The position numbers and the translations under genes were made by a program. Shown piece by piece: positions 12,101-20,103 of a stretch of 64,000 bases of DNA (position 1 is the first letter of the stretch; every line of letters starts with the position of its first letter). The stretch is taken from IMG/VR virus record IMGVR_UViG_3300025287_000001. One strand, given 5' to 3'. This DNA is from an uncultured virus (IMG/VR IMGVR_UViG_3300025287_000001). Lineage: Duplodnaviria > Heunggongvirae > Uroviricota > Caudoviricetes. The notes under the pieces were generated by a model. The model did not search any database. It saw only the letters and a list, made by a program, of their open reading frames with translations, and was not told where the DNA came from.

Positions 12101-15100
12101 TGCGATAGTTTACAGTATCATAGATTGAAAACTCTTCTGCCTCTATGTCAAGGTAGCCTCTAGACATGCTCTCGTAACCACCTGGGGATGAGAACCTTGT
12201 TACGAATATGTGCCTATTGTCCCCTCTCGGAAGCAAAGTAAACTCTGCCACGCCGTCAATGTAAGGCGACACAGATGCGGAAATGGAGAAGCCATCATTC
12301 TCGATAAAGGCACGACTATTGCCAGATCTACATGATACCTGCGCCACTTCATTGATGTACCTGTAGTTGCCCAGGAACCTAGAATCTGTACTAGTTTGAA
12401 TATTCCTTATGCTAACCGGGGACTTTACCCCCACTCCACGACTATAATAGAACTTTGCCTCATCATTCGGGACTGCTGAAATAGTATAATCGTTGGCATT
12501 TTTCGTTATATTATACAGTTCTGGCCTATCAGTTGCGACAGTAGTGCTGTCAGCCAAATCAATATTATCGAACCCACCAACCCACTGCCTAGTAAACGTA
12601 GTTTGCATGGAGTCACTGTTCGAGACAATAAATTTATTATGATATCTTCTCTCATCTAGGGTATAATCATAAGTCATCCCTAATACAGGCTGATCCTTGC
12701 TAGACCTCAGTATGACATCACCAAAGACAGCATCATCATAAACAGGTATAGATCCTAAAGGAAACTTTGACTCTAGGTCATCTTCATTGTATGGATTATC
12801 TCCGTCTATCTGTATAACTAGATCTTGCCCACTTGAGTACAGATCTCCCTTGAAATCATTCACAGTAAACTGAGACTCAGGCTTGAAAGACACGATAAGC
12901 TCTTTGCCGTTCTTATCGGAGTATAGATCCGCTATCCTTGTCAGCGAAGTAACCTGAAAGAATCTACCATCGTAGAAGGAATCTGTGACAGGATCATATA
13001 ATCTATCTGGTTCCACTACCGTGGTTTTATTAACAGAATCTTTTATTGCATCTCTACTCTCTGCGACAGGAGATCCCGAAACATCATCCAACCACCTCTT
13101 CTTGTAGTAATCCGCATGTATAGACTGATCTGTTGTTCCTTTATAATCAGGAGCGTGTCCCGTCTTCCATGGGTATTTTAATTCCTGTACTCCTCTAGTG
13201 GAGGAAGTTGCTTCAAGAATATTGATTTCATATGTAGGGAACTTGTTCCAGTACTTATTCCTCTCTAGTGCATGAGATTCGATAACATTTTTTATCGTTC
13301 TACCTGATTCGATCGTTCCCGGCAGGACTTGTTCCAGTGCACTGGATATTGCTGAGTCCACCCACTTGAAATACTCCAAGAAGAACTCTACATCAGGCTC
13401 TGACTCTAACCTCTCGAAAAATCTTTGTCTTATCTTCTCTAGAGCCTTATACTCTTGCCTATATCTTTCGACTCCTGTTATAGAGTTGGAGAAATCAGTG
13501 TAATCACTGTATAGCGACATCATCAAATCTGACACAACTCTCTGAGGACTCTTCTCGAATGTGAAATACGAACTAAGAGAATCTCTATTAACATTAAAGA
13601 ATAAATCATCGTTAGATAGAACATTAACAGTATCTGAGTAGGAAATCTCATCAGGTGATAGATTCCTTAGTGTATTGATGTATTTTACTATCTTGATCGA
13701 AGAACTACTGACGGGGAAAAATGCCCCCACTCCAGTGTGATGCCCTTGCGAATATGGGCCAAAGAAATCATACAAATCATCATTAGTGTTGAAGTCGCAA
13801 GAATAGTCCTGAACCTCAAACTCGCCTGATGAATCAGTTGAAGTAATATCCGAAAAATCCCACTCCAGAGAAAGAGTGTCCATTCTTGAAACTTCTACGT
13901 CAGAGAATGATGAAGTAGAAACAAAAGCACTCTTTTCGGGGTTGTTGATACCCCTATTCTCTACGTCTAAAAGATGCTCCAAGATCTCATCATCTTCGAG
14001 TTTCTCGTACCAGTGCCTTAGCTTGACAGGTTGCGTATCAGCATTCGTCACGAGAGTGCTGCTATCAGAATAATCTGTGTAATCAGCGCCTACGAAAAAT
14101 CTTTTAGAAGCCGATAAGAAATCAGCAGCAACAGCCGCAGATAGTGTAGAGGTTTCTCTAAACGAAAACTCAGAAGAAGCTACATCTTGACTTACTCCAT
14201 AAAACTCTACAACAAAATCATTACCAGAGAACCCATCTGGCAGGTCTCCCATCTTTGTTTGTTCAGAGTAAATTCTGAACGTAATATTCCACAGGGTATC
14301 GTTATAGACATCATTAATGTAGTCTGTAGTTAGCGTATCTGTAGTTCCTACTCCAGTGTAGTATTCTACTTTAAATCTAGCCCTTCTTCTCAGTGGATCT
14401 GAAGTATCTTTCTCTACGCTGACAACAAAAGAACCTACATCATTTACTGTCCTGCTAAGGCTAACCGAGCCTTCATGATTACCGAAAATACTCGTTTCAG
14501 TAAACGGTTTTGCATAATAATTTGGGCTTGTGACATCATACTCTTTTGGTATATGGACTATACATTCTGTAGTCTGCGGAACAAACGCAAGATCTCCACC
14601 AGAATCAGCAGGTATAGCGGTTACTGAATCTGCATCAGAAGCAATGATATCCTGATATATCGTACCAGAAGAGTTCAGTTCTGAGTTGAAGTTAATCAAA
14701 GCCTTTTTACTTAAAACATTTCTCTTCCTTGGAATTAGCTCGTATTCGCCCTCTGACCTGTAAACAGGCGTAACTATATTCTCGCTCAGGCCGAAACATC
14801 TCATTATATTTCTTACCGATTCAAGACTTCCCTTGGATTTATTAATGGAAGAGATATTGTTATAGATGTTTTGGTAAAGTACGTTCTTTACATCTTCTAT
14901 ATTGTATTTGAAATACCCGTCCTGATCTTTCGATAGTAACTCTTCTAACAAGCCCGCCTCGGAAAATAGGTCGTCTATATTGAAGCCGTGAGATTCCAAA
15001 TTGTACTTTGCGAATGCATTACTTTCGGAGAAGTCTGAGTAATACTCTTGATCTCCTTGAGAAGACAAATATTCTATCTGAAGATAAAGCCTGTCGTAAA

Positions 15101-16547
15101 ACGAACCGATTATCTGCATAAGGTTCGACATCTGGCCCTCTTTGTCTTCATCAATAATGTATGAAGGAAGCTGATCATACAACGACCTTGAGCTTGTCTG
15201 GTCATGACTTTCGGCTTCAAGAACCTTGTCAGAGTACCACTCCACAACTTCAGGGTTGGTGGTGTAAATTATAAGATCACCACGCTCATTATCTCTATCT
15301 CCCGATAAAGGACTTTCCTCTAGTGCAGAGCTACTGCTTCTCGACCCAACATAGTAATTAACAAAAGAACTCCTGTTAACGCGCCCAGAATAATCCAAGA
15401 TAGTAGCATCTCGTTCATCGGTTTCTGTATCATCAAATATGCCTTCGTTAAACTTAAGATAAACTCCCAGGTCATATCTGTACTTATCAGAATTACCACC
15501 ACCGTGGATATCCGTATTCCAGCTAAAGCCTATTTGTTCACTAGTTCTGGTCGCCTTCCAGTATCTTATCTCGTCTAGAGAACCCTCAAAAGCCGCCCAT
15601 CCCAAATCAGTAGTTGGGTATCCTTCCTTGCTAGTTTGTAAAGCCCCTATAACGCCAATGGTGTTCCCATCTGTATCTGTCATCGAAGATACGCCTGTAA
15701 ATTCATCCAAAGACTCTAAGGAGCCGTTCACGTAGGTCCTAACTAGTAAGGAATCTCCATCTTTTTCTATAGAGACTGCAAAATGGTTCCATTCGGAGAA
15801 ATCAACATCGGTTAAGGAACTCTTCAGAGGCCCTATCGCCTCATCTTGAAGGCCATCGGCCCCGGACCTATAAACGATATTAAAGAGATTTGTGTAAGTA
15901 GAGATAAATTCTAGGGAAAATCTACCGTAATCAGAAGACCCATTTGATTCTTGATTCCAGATATCAATGATGCAAGAAGAGTCTACGGCATCTAAATCCT
16001 TCGCCCAAAACTCAATAGTGTTACCAAGCTCAGGGCTCACTTGAAGATTGCTGGTCAACCCATCTTCTTCTGAATAAAAATTTGACCCGTCACGCTCGCC
16101 AGATAAAGATGGGTTTGGACCTCCCAAGACTTTTATGTATTGAACTTCGTCCTTCAACTCATAATCATGACTACCAGGGACCGTGACAGTATTTAAAACT
16201 GCGCCTATCTCTGTATTAAGATCTACACTTCCCTTGGCCCTTGGCCACTCTTTTTCTGCGATATACCTATCGTATTGGTGGCCGTTATTATACCATTCGT
16301 TTATTTCTTTATCCGAGCCATCATAAGGATACGTGTTCGATATTCTGTTGTAAGCATCTTCAACGTATTTGCTCGCCTGACCATATCTTGCAAAGTTTCT
16401 AAACTTTGAAAAATCAACAGGAGGGTCGAAAGAAGAAATCCTCTTTAAGCGTTCTTCAAGAGCGCCAGAGGATTCTATCTTTCTCTCGATATCTTCTTGT
16501 GTAGTACTACCGAGGCCTTTTTTGCTAAACAAACTTTTTATTGACAT
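6123..16547 (-). CDS. Giant baseplate/tail protein with LamG (concanavalin-A-like) domain (3474 aa)
   Basis: TIEFWAK..WNHFAVS..YVNG..FEGSLDEIRYW LamG motifs; INKSKGSLESVRNIMRCFG wedge-like motif; next to baseplate genes. Confidence 0.8.
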   Translation of the reverse strand: MSIKSLFSKKGLGSTTQEDIERKIESSGALEERLKRISSFDPPVDFSKFRNFARYGQASKYVEDAYNRISNTYPYDGSDKEINEWYNNGHQYDRYIAEKEWPRAKGSVDLNTEIGAVLNTVTVPGSHDYELKDEVQYIKVLGGPNPSLSGERDGSNFYSEEDGLTSNLQVSPELGNTIEFWAKDLDAVDSSCIIDIWNQESNGSSDYGRFSLEFISTYTNLFNIVYRSGADGLQDEAIGPLKSSLTDVDFSEWNHFAVSIEKDGDSLLVRTYVNGSLESLDEFTGVSSMTDTDGNTIGVIGALQTSKEGYPTTDLGWAAFEGSLDEIRYWKATRTSEQIGFSWNTDIHGGGNSDKYRYDLGVYLKFNEGIFDDTETDERDATILDYSGRVNRSSFVNYYVGSRSSSSALEESPLSGDRDNERGDLIIYTTNPEVVEWYSDKVLEAESHDQTSSRSLYDQLPSYIIDEDKEGQMSNLMQIIGSFYDRLYLQIEYLSSQGDQEYYSDFSESNAFAKYNLESHGFNIDDLFSEAGLLEELLSKDQDGYFKYNIEDVKNVLYQNIYNNISSINKSKGSLESVRNIMRCFGLSENIVTPVYRSEGEYELIPRKRNVLSKKALINFNSELNSSGTIYQDIIASDADSVTAIPADSGGDLAFVPQTTECIVHIPKEYDVTSPNYYAKPFTETSIFGNHEGSVSLSRTVNDVGSFVVSVEKDTSDPLRRRARFKVEYYTGVGTTDTLTTDYINDVYNDTLWNITFRIYSEQTKMGDLPDGFSGNDFVVEFYGVSQDVASSEFSFRETSTLSAAVAADFLSASKRFFVGADYTDYSDSSTLVTNADTQPVKLRHWYEKLEDDEILEHLLDVENRGINNPEKSAFVSTSSFSDVEVSRMDTLSLEWDFSDITSTDSSGEFEVQDYSCDFNTNDDLYDFFGPYSQGHHTGVGAFFPVSSSSIKIVKYINTLRNLSPDEISYSDTVNVLSNDDLFFNVNRDSLSSYFTFEKSPQRVVSDLMMSLYSDYTDFSNSITGVERYRQEYKALEKIRQRFFERLESEPDVEFFLEYFKWVDSAISSALEQVLPGTIESGRTIKNVIESHALERNKYWNKFPTYEINILEATSSTRGVQELKYPWKTGHAPDYKGTTDQSIHADYYKKRWLDDVSGSPVAESRDAIKDSVNKTTVVEPDRLYDPVTDSFYDGRFFQVTSLTRIADLYSDKNGKELIVSFKPESQFTVNDFKGDLYSSGQDLVIQIDGDNPYNEDDLESKFPLGSIPVYDDAVFGDVILRSSKDQPVLGMTYDYTLDERRYHNKFIVSNSDSMQTTFTRQWVGGFDNIDLADSTTVATDRPELYNITKNANDYTISAVPNDEAKFYYSRGVGVKSPVSIRNIQTSTDSRFLGNYRYINEVAQVSCRSGNSRAFIENDGFSISASVSPYIDGVAEFTLLPRGDNRHIFVTRFSSPGGYESMSRGYLDIEAEEFSIYDTVNYRNLQVRRAYDRYSQFSSEKIASPTGYNFNYITSDTTLGSEIAAYHKINRNRRFVAEDVSGTVQYKERLDNNFVSHAIPANPYSVYWINNGTTGSSIPEDGDVVPDLSDGTGESINVYDVNPDYKGIQYEDDTVTFYYLPNGTEVSTEDSHFAKLNGVDTDNLEYYDVTRNRYGFSSWRQLRASEHPEARDLKRFNQISLHDDDVYENRSSISYEILESESSYRLSDGYFQWLEGPVSYNDPVKISLVVPGDGLQGIEISHQSTRERFSAVTLDEALDQFTINQQTPYEAIREGYLDAELFKLHGVSRSDRVYPSRRNSGTLLARTRYFYRDEPSTTVSSNSLRLSWKEDEADRQNRDNVGWHHVEDRNDTTVISGSWTYVSPSFASDDEVVYYPSSWPTDGAFDSFVNLELDTIGLVYLGYLNGPRNDYFASKFVKLATDTDSDRIFTNFYHVYSDAVYNTGTSSVDYTLLNSATFNSYDSEDKPFYDTIEEWECDVKVKSKDYNVVPEFNISRNMSFYVQEAGGEFVARNDKFLTLQGSAVDAELESSSQGSDEDSGLEEKFFRTYAFSDLMPDAIEDMEEHLDKEPDLDLHFELDVGAIKKMIPYNGFYPVNRVSQLAEQFLSDYKPHLYNEAETDTSANFRSAQAFTQPFYAPGIALNSIKSGIAMDWATFQGRDACLEIIDSREDQASYGFYDLDNSDAVNDILFGINHCFAGTDFVAYHPGRYDVTQQDANGVDFSQDQESADRFRKYGVRYTNPGVGETGPKFFWYTKDEDGTYALKYEIDFFEDLLTETQASSFHWEFIANGMVDTSTKDENSFAFIALRRGPDSETGEDPSDPKGEFPIYIYHVWDRGDRYDFVRVNPHTLLTAGGNQTVNGSNRAECVIEYFPSRVCFGAIRDGQTVNFQSIGVNSIQTSNVLKFFIGYGVNDTAARTFDFDSLHYQIGLVPLDNEINNDNRTINHTDYIVTFDDGVTYELDHDVTIEHYDIATGMTVVYTINFPDNVGSGANFIYPGSADGSTPQELNSYGNSVCAEVLRSENLVVFPIQRDQSANDVEYYHYVLTTNIPGADINDPAGNIASFPVTPTRYSDIHQVYTYNSADNETYELVFGSSCKSEGILYYDDRVYYVDPDSVTYTSGVLTAGPTLSNVQYEADTGTGYGISATATAGPLIQNAVESRACKRLGNIDIVENTLIATFSYGDLSTFESVEPTLQRMVKQIYKIDEDAVPNFISEELIDNVFLNNSLMRDNSLRIDNPLKLSASYNEDFAINNSSFASSDIQIGKTCLEFISYEGNVNFHQPLENRGYAPYFYTQRLNVEDNNTGTSYYYQRMIDYKPNLRVPFEAILDPSLGIPITPATSAENGVSTDSKVWWLGPEYYTDQDEDYIYPYAQWTGREESPLYRLAANNFFGEAVRFFVEGSDLTTFTSMPEEKFKDVEAGKTYVMDVSLKAFNFKPVKEKVSGVVQDDNYGKFFGPPARYFKESLDCSRIEYPSGAITDNRSDFIEDPAQAPWAPPYIYGESVARIKYTPEVSGKPTLGDILSNAEIEYINKDLNEKFYDVGDGATNLSNPTSPAYEGRVRLDSCLSLLSKTKVKKVQFDTDNLTFSEENGYSYAPTSIKDSEGNDGDAWAIYPKWECPVFDIDEDTIDDDGFGMTWFNDANQLSQQSGVFMSIERTPNLDRTVEGSLIDICGFTPTSSKLGKVAGSKKIYEAVAIIPITETPNSETVYVNGFNCIPVKKDIFNKQLVNINSNRPAVTVGDFDSQVSIDSTSISNTITKMKEYVVPPFMNYVEDRSIDPFVFYIAEFSEELSKDDLSNIWLGKMPEIAKTMNIASKNISHKIDRFEFFGGIVPPKDMKFLVFKIKKKAEKSYFNLTADKSDDSRFEFEVFDNSTPSYSYNWPYDYFSLIDRVKISAGFFATGEGASEDRDVNFDEAIRIGDKVNRNSIMAKKNVLISNSINEEQIDIGDRISLESDSSEQKKRNPRVSNKK

Positions 16548-16553
16548 CTATAT

Positions 16554-17954
16554 CTATCCTGTTGATTCTCTTACTCTGAACCTGAATCTGTTACTAAGTT
16601 CTCTCAGGCCACCATTGAAGTATCTAGCGAATCTTATTGTGTATGTATATCCAGGCTCCAAAACCGACATATCAAAATCAAACTCTGCAAAATCTTTCTT
16701 CGCAGATAATCTAGTATATGTTGAATACTCCACTATTTCACGGTTGTCAACATCCCTTATCATCTTGTACCTGAAGTCTCTCGGAATATCTGCTTCTGGA
16801 TTTGCCTGGGCGACGTTAAATATGTTGGAAGAGTTATTTAGTTTTCTTACGAATACCTCGAATGTAGCTAGCTCATCTTCCTTGTAAAATGATTTCAAAT
16901 TCCTTATCGAGCATGTATATTCGGAGCCAGCATCTTCTATGTTATCTTCTTGCTCTATATTTATCTTTTTGAAGTAAAAGACTCTGGTTGTTGTGATAGA
17001 ATCTACCCACTCTTCCCATATTTCATCTTCTAGGGTTGTGATAGAAACAACTGCCTTGTAAACCCCCTCTGACTCTCTTGTGATATCTATGTAATCAGGA
17101 GTTATCTCTATTGTCTTGTCTTCATCCTTATAGAAGTTAACATCCGGCAAGTAAGTATCATCGTCATCAATATCCCTTAAAGCCCCCTTAAAGTACGAGA
17201 AGAAATACAAAGTATTTGTGTTCTCTGAGTCACTAGCGGGAAGTATTGGCGAGGCCGTCTCGAACCTAGATCTATCATCTGAAATGGAATCATCATACCT
17301 TACTTCGATTATAGGCCTATTCAGGTAAAACTCGGAAGATCTAGCGCTAAATCTCTTCGTGTAAAATGTGTCTTCCGATGTATCTTCAGCAAAATCGTTA
17401 AACTTTATTAGAATGCCACTGTGCACATTGGCGTCCACAAGCCACGTCTCCACTTCTGAAGTAATATCTATCTCAAGATCTTCCAAGCCAGTAGTGAACT
17501 CTTCCGACCCCAAGAGATCATCTGAGCCCTGTAGAGCCCCGGCAGTCGTCCAAGATGTGCCCTCACTAGCCTCATTCCAATTAGCGGCTCCTGCGTCTCC
17601 GTAGGTGTCTAGATTTATGCCTGACCCCTCGTCCCATGATTCGGAAATGCTATACGCTTCTAGGGTGAAGTTCTTCGGAGTGTTAAAGACAGTGTTAACG
17701 TGAAAAAGCCTCAAGACATATGTTGCTCCATCAGGGATTAAGCCAGCATCATAATCTGCCTTGATGTCCTCAGAAGGAAATCTAAGAAGTATCCTTGCTT
17801 TCTCCCTGTCTGTAGTCCCATTTCTGCCATACACAGTGAAGACCTCCAGGGAATCTGATGCACCAGTGTTAGCCAGGGTAGTGTCCCCAGATGCTCTCCC
17901 TACCTTGCTATCCGCTATGGTAGTATCTTTTTCTGCAATGTACCTCTTGATCAT
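16554..17954 (-). CDS. Baseplate-region protein, DNRLRE-like beta-sandwich N-terminal domain
   Basis: KDTTI..NTGASDSLEV..RILLRF..ISESWDEGSG..ANW motifs. Confidence 0.65.
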   Translation of the reverse strand: MIKRYIAEKDTTIADSKVGRASGDTTLANTGASDSLEVFTVYGRNGTTDREKARILLRFPSEDIKADYDAGLIPDGATYVLRLFHVNTVFNTPKNFTLEAYSISESWDEGSGINLDTYGDAGAANWNEASEGTSWTTAGALQGSDDLLGSEEFTTGLEDLEIDITSEVETWLVDANVHSGILIKFNDFAEDTSEDTFYTKRFSARSSEFYLNRPIIEVRYDDSISDDRSRFETASPILPASDSENTNTLYFFSYFKGALRDIDDDDTYLPDVNFYKDEDKTIEITPDYIDITRESEGVYKAVVSITTLEDEIWEEWVDSITTTRVFYFKKINIEQEDNIEDAGSEYTCSIRNLKSFYKEDELATFEVFVRKLNNSSNIFNVAQANPEADIPRDFRYKMIRDVDNREIVEYSTYTRLSAKKDFAEFDFDMSVLEPGYTYTIRFARYFNGGLRELSNRFRFRVRESTG

Positions 17955-19738
17955 CTAACTGCTCCGTTAATGTCTGCGTCAACATACTTTAATTCCCAAA
18001 TTACGTTCCTGGGGAATGTAATCATGGTGCCGTCTGGAGAGGTGTTCTTTCTGAGATTGTAAGACGTGTCTGAATACAACCCTCCCTTCTTCTGAACTAT
18101 ATCTACCTTCACCACATCCAAAACACCTTCTGCTTCTTTTAGAAAATTATAGATATCTGTAATCATGAAAGGTTCTCCTATTTCAGGAGTAACCAATAAC
18201 TTATCCCTTAGTCTGGAATAGCAATTGCTAAGTGTTTGATACTTTGAGATGTTAGACTTCGATACTACTATAAACTCGATTCCTATGTTGACAATATAAG
18301 CATCGAGTATATCAACCGTATCTGTGATCATCTTTCTAGGTAGAATCCAGTTTTTGATGTTATTTTTTAAGACATCACCAGACTGGACTAGGTTGCCATT
18401 TGAGTTTTCCGATACGACGTATAGATTTAGATTATTCCTTAGGCTATTAACATCTCTTATTGCCCTTACTCTCTTGACCGAACCAAATTTATTAGGCATA
18501 GCATAACAAAGACCTTCATAATCCTTGCTGTTAACCGCCCTGTTCTGAGACGAAAATTCTGACTGAATCCTCCTCTTCAGATTTTCAGGCGTTATCTCGA
18601 TTACTTGACCAACAATATTTTCTTCATTCTCGCACTCTATAGAGGATATTATATCAGTAATAGTAGACTCTGATAATGTAGTTCTGTCTCTAAACTCAAC
18701 TATAGGATTAACTACACTGGTAACTGTTCCTTGAGACGCATTAATATTACTAGAGGCGCTTGTTCTATAAGTTACAGTAATCGTTGTGTTTGATGGTCCA
18801 ACTCCAAAGTAATCTGACTCGATTAGTTTGGCTGGATCGAAAGTATCTTTGGAGAAAACAGTGTTGCCAAATTTTCTACTTATGACCTTTGAAGGATCTG
18901 CAAGTTCATCTTCAGGGATTTCTACCAGAGAAGACGCTCCAAAAATGAGGTAAGGCACTCCACCCCTGTATTCCATTACAAATCTTCTAGGAACCACGTA
19001 TGGCTTTAAAACCTCAGCAACATCAGACGCCCTATTCGTAACTGATCTGTAAACCACATCCTGTGCAAGATTCTCTACTTCATAGTAAACATTTCCCTCT
19101 AAATCTCTGACTTCTAGTATTTCTGCTACGCTAGACTGTGATAATTCCACCTTCTGGAATGGAGTAAATTCGCCTATCTCGAATGACTCTTGATCTATTG
19201 TGCCAGAAATTACTTGACCATATGACTTCATCGCATATGTCTCTGGCTCTCCTGTTGTAGAGTTCTGTTGGGCAACGACGACTTCAACTCCATCCGCAGA
19301 AAAGTCTATATCTTCGGACAAAATGAATCTTGAACCACTAGTAGATGATAACTCCGTACCTCTCTTCAAAATTGGTATGTAAGCAGAATCAGGTGCAAGA
19401 GAAATGCCACTGGTGATCGGGACCTCGACATAAAAGGCACAGATGCCATTTGAAGTCGAGGTAGGGTTGTGCTTATAACCGAGCGTTTTACCCTTCTTGA
19501 TTATATTGTCTATCTCTATAGCGTAATCAAGTTGATTCTCGTTTGACTCATAATCAAGATAAAAAGATAAAGAATCTCCGGTATAAGCAACCATATCTAT
19601 TAAAATAGAGCCGATACCAGCTTCGCTAAAATCTTTAAAGCTATCTGAATAATATGTCTTTGCATACTGAACAAGATCTCTTTTAATTGATTGGAAATCT
19701 CTAGAAGTATAGTTGATTATAGGGTTATTTTTCTTCAT
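17951..19738 (-). CDS. Baseplate wedge subunit (T4 gp6 / baseplate J-like)
   Basis: NYTSRDFQSIKRDL..DFSEAGIG..MVAYTGDSLSFYLD..QNRAVNSKDYE. Confidence 0.9.
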   Translation of the reverse strand: MKKNNPIINYTSRDFQSIKRDLVQYAKTYYSDSFKDFSEAGIGSILIDMVAYTGDSLSFYLDYESNENQLDYAIEIDNIIKKGKTLGYKHNPTSTSNGICAFYVEVPITSGISLAPDSAYIPILKRGTELSSTSGSRFILSEDIDFSADGVEVVVAQQNSTTGEPETYAMKSYGQVISGTIDQESFEIGEFTPFQKVELSQSSVAEILEVRDLEGNVYYEVENLAQDVVYRSVTNRASDVAEVLKPYVVPRRFVMEYRGGVPYLIFGASSLVEIPEDELADPSKVISRKFGNTVFSKDTFDPAKLIESDYFGVGPSNTTITVTYRTSASSNINASQGTVTSVVNPIVEFRDRTTLSESTITDIISSIECENEENIVGQVIEITPENLKRRIQSEFSSQNRAVNSKDYEGLCYAMPNKFGSVKRVRAIRDVNSLRNNLNLYVVSENSNGNLVQSGDVLKNNIKNWILPRKMITDTVDILDAYIVNIGIEFIVVSKSNISKYQTLSNCYSRLRDKLLVTPEIGEPFMITDIYNFLKEAEGVLDVVKVDIVQKKGGLYSDTSYNLRKNTSPDGTMITFPRNVIWELKYVDADINGAVR

Positions 19739-20103
19739 TAAACTGAAATCTCCAAGGATGCCTCTAAATCAAGAACATCTACATAATAAAAAACATTCAC
19801 CTTTAAGTTGTTTTCCAAAGTAGAGTCTCTAGAGACACTTACGTCAATAATCTCTAGAAAGTTCATGTACTTTCTTACCTGACTTATTATCCTAGATTCT
19901 ATATTGCTTATGTTTTGATCATTAGTATTCTCGAACAAATAATTCTTCAATCCTACCCCAAAATCAATATTCATAATCTTCTCCCCAGGAGAAGTGAGCA
20001 ATAGATGTTTAAGGTTTTGCTCGATGTACTCTTTATACGTTTCTATCATCCTAAAATCTGTATTATCATCTACAATAATAGGTAGTTTTACAGTTATACT
20101 CAT
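19738..20103 (-). CDS. Baseplate gp25/GpW-like protein
   Basis: IEQNLKHLLLTSPGEKIMNIDFGVGLKNYLFE signature. Confidence 0.9.
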   Translation of the reverse strand: MSITVKLPIIVDDNTDFRMIETYKEYIEQNLKHLLLTSPGEKIMNIDFGVGLKNYLFENTNDQNISNIESRIISQVRKYMNFLEIIDVSVSRDSTLENNLKVNVFYYVDVLDLEASLEISV

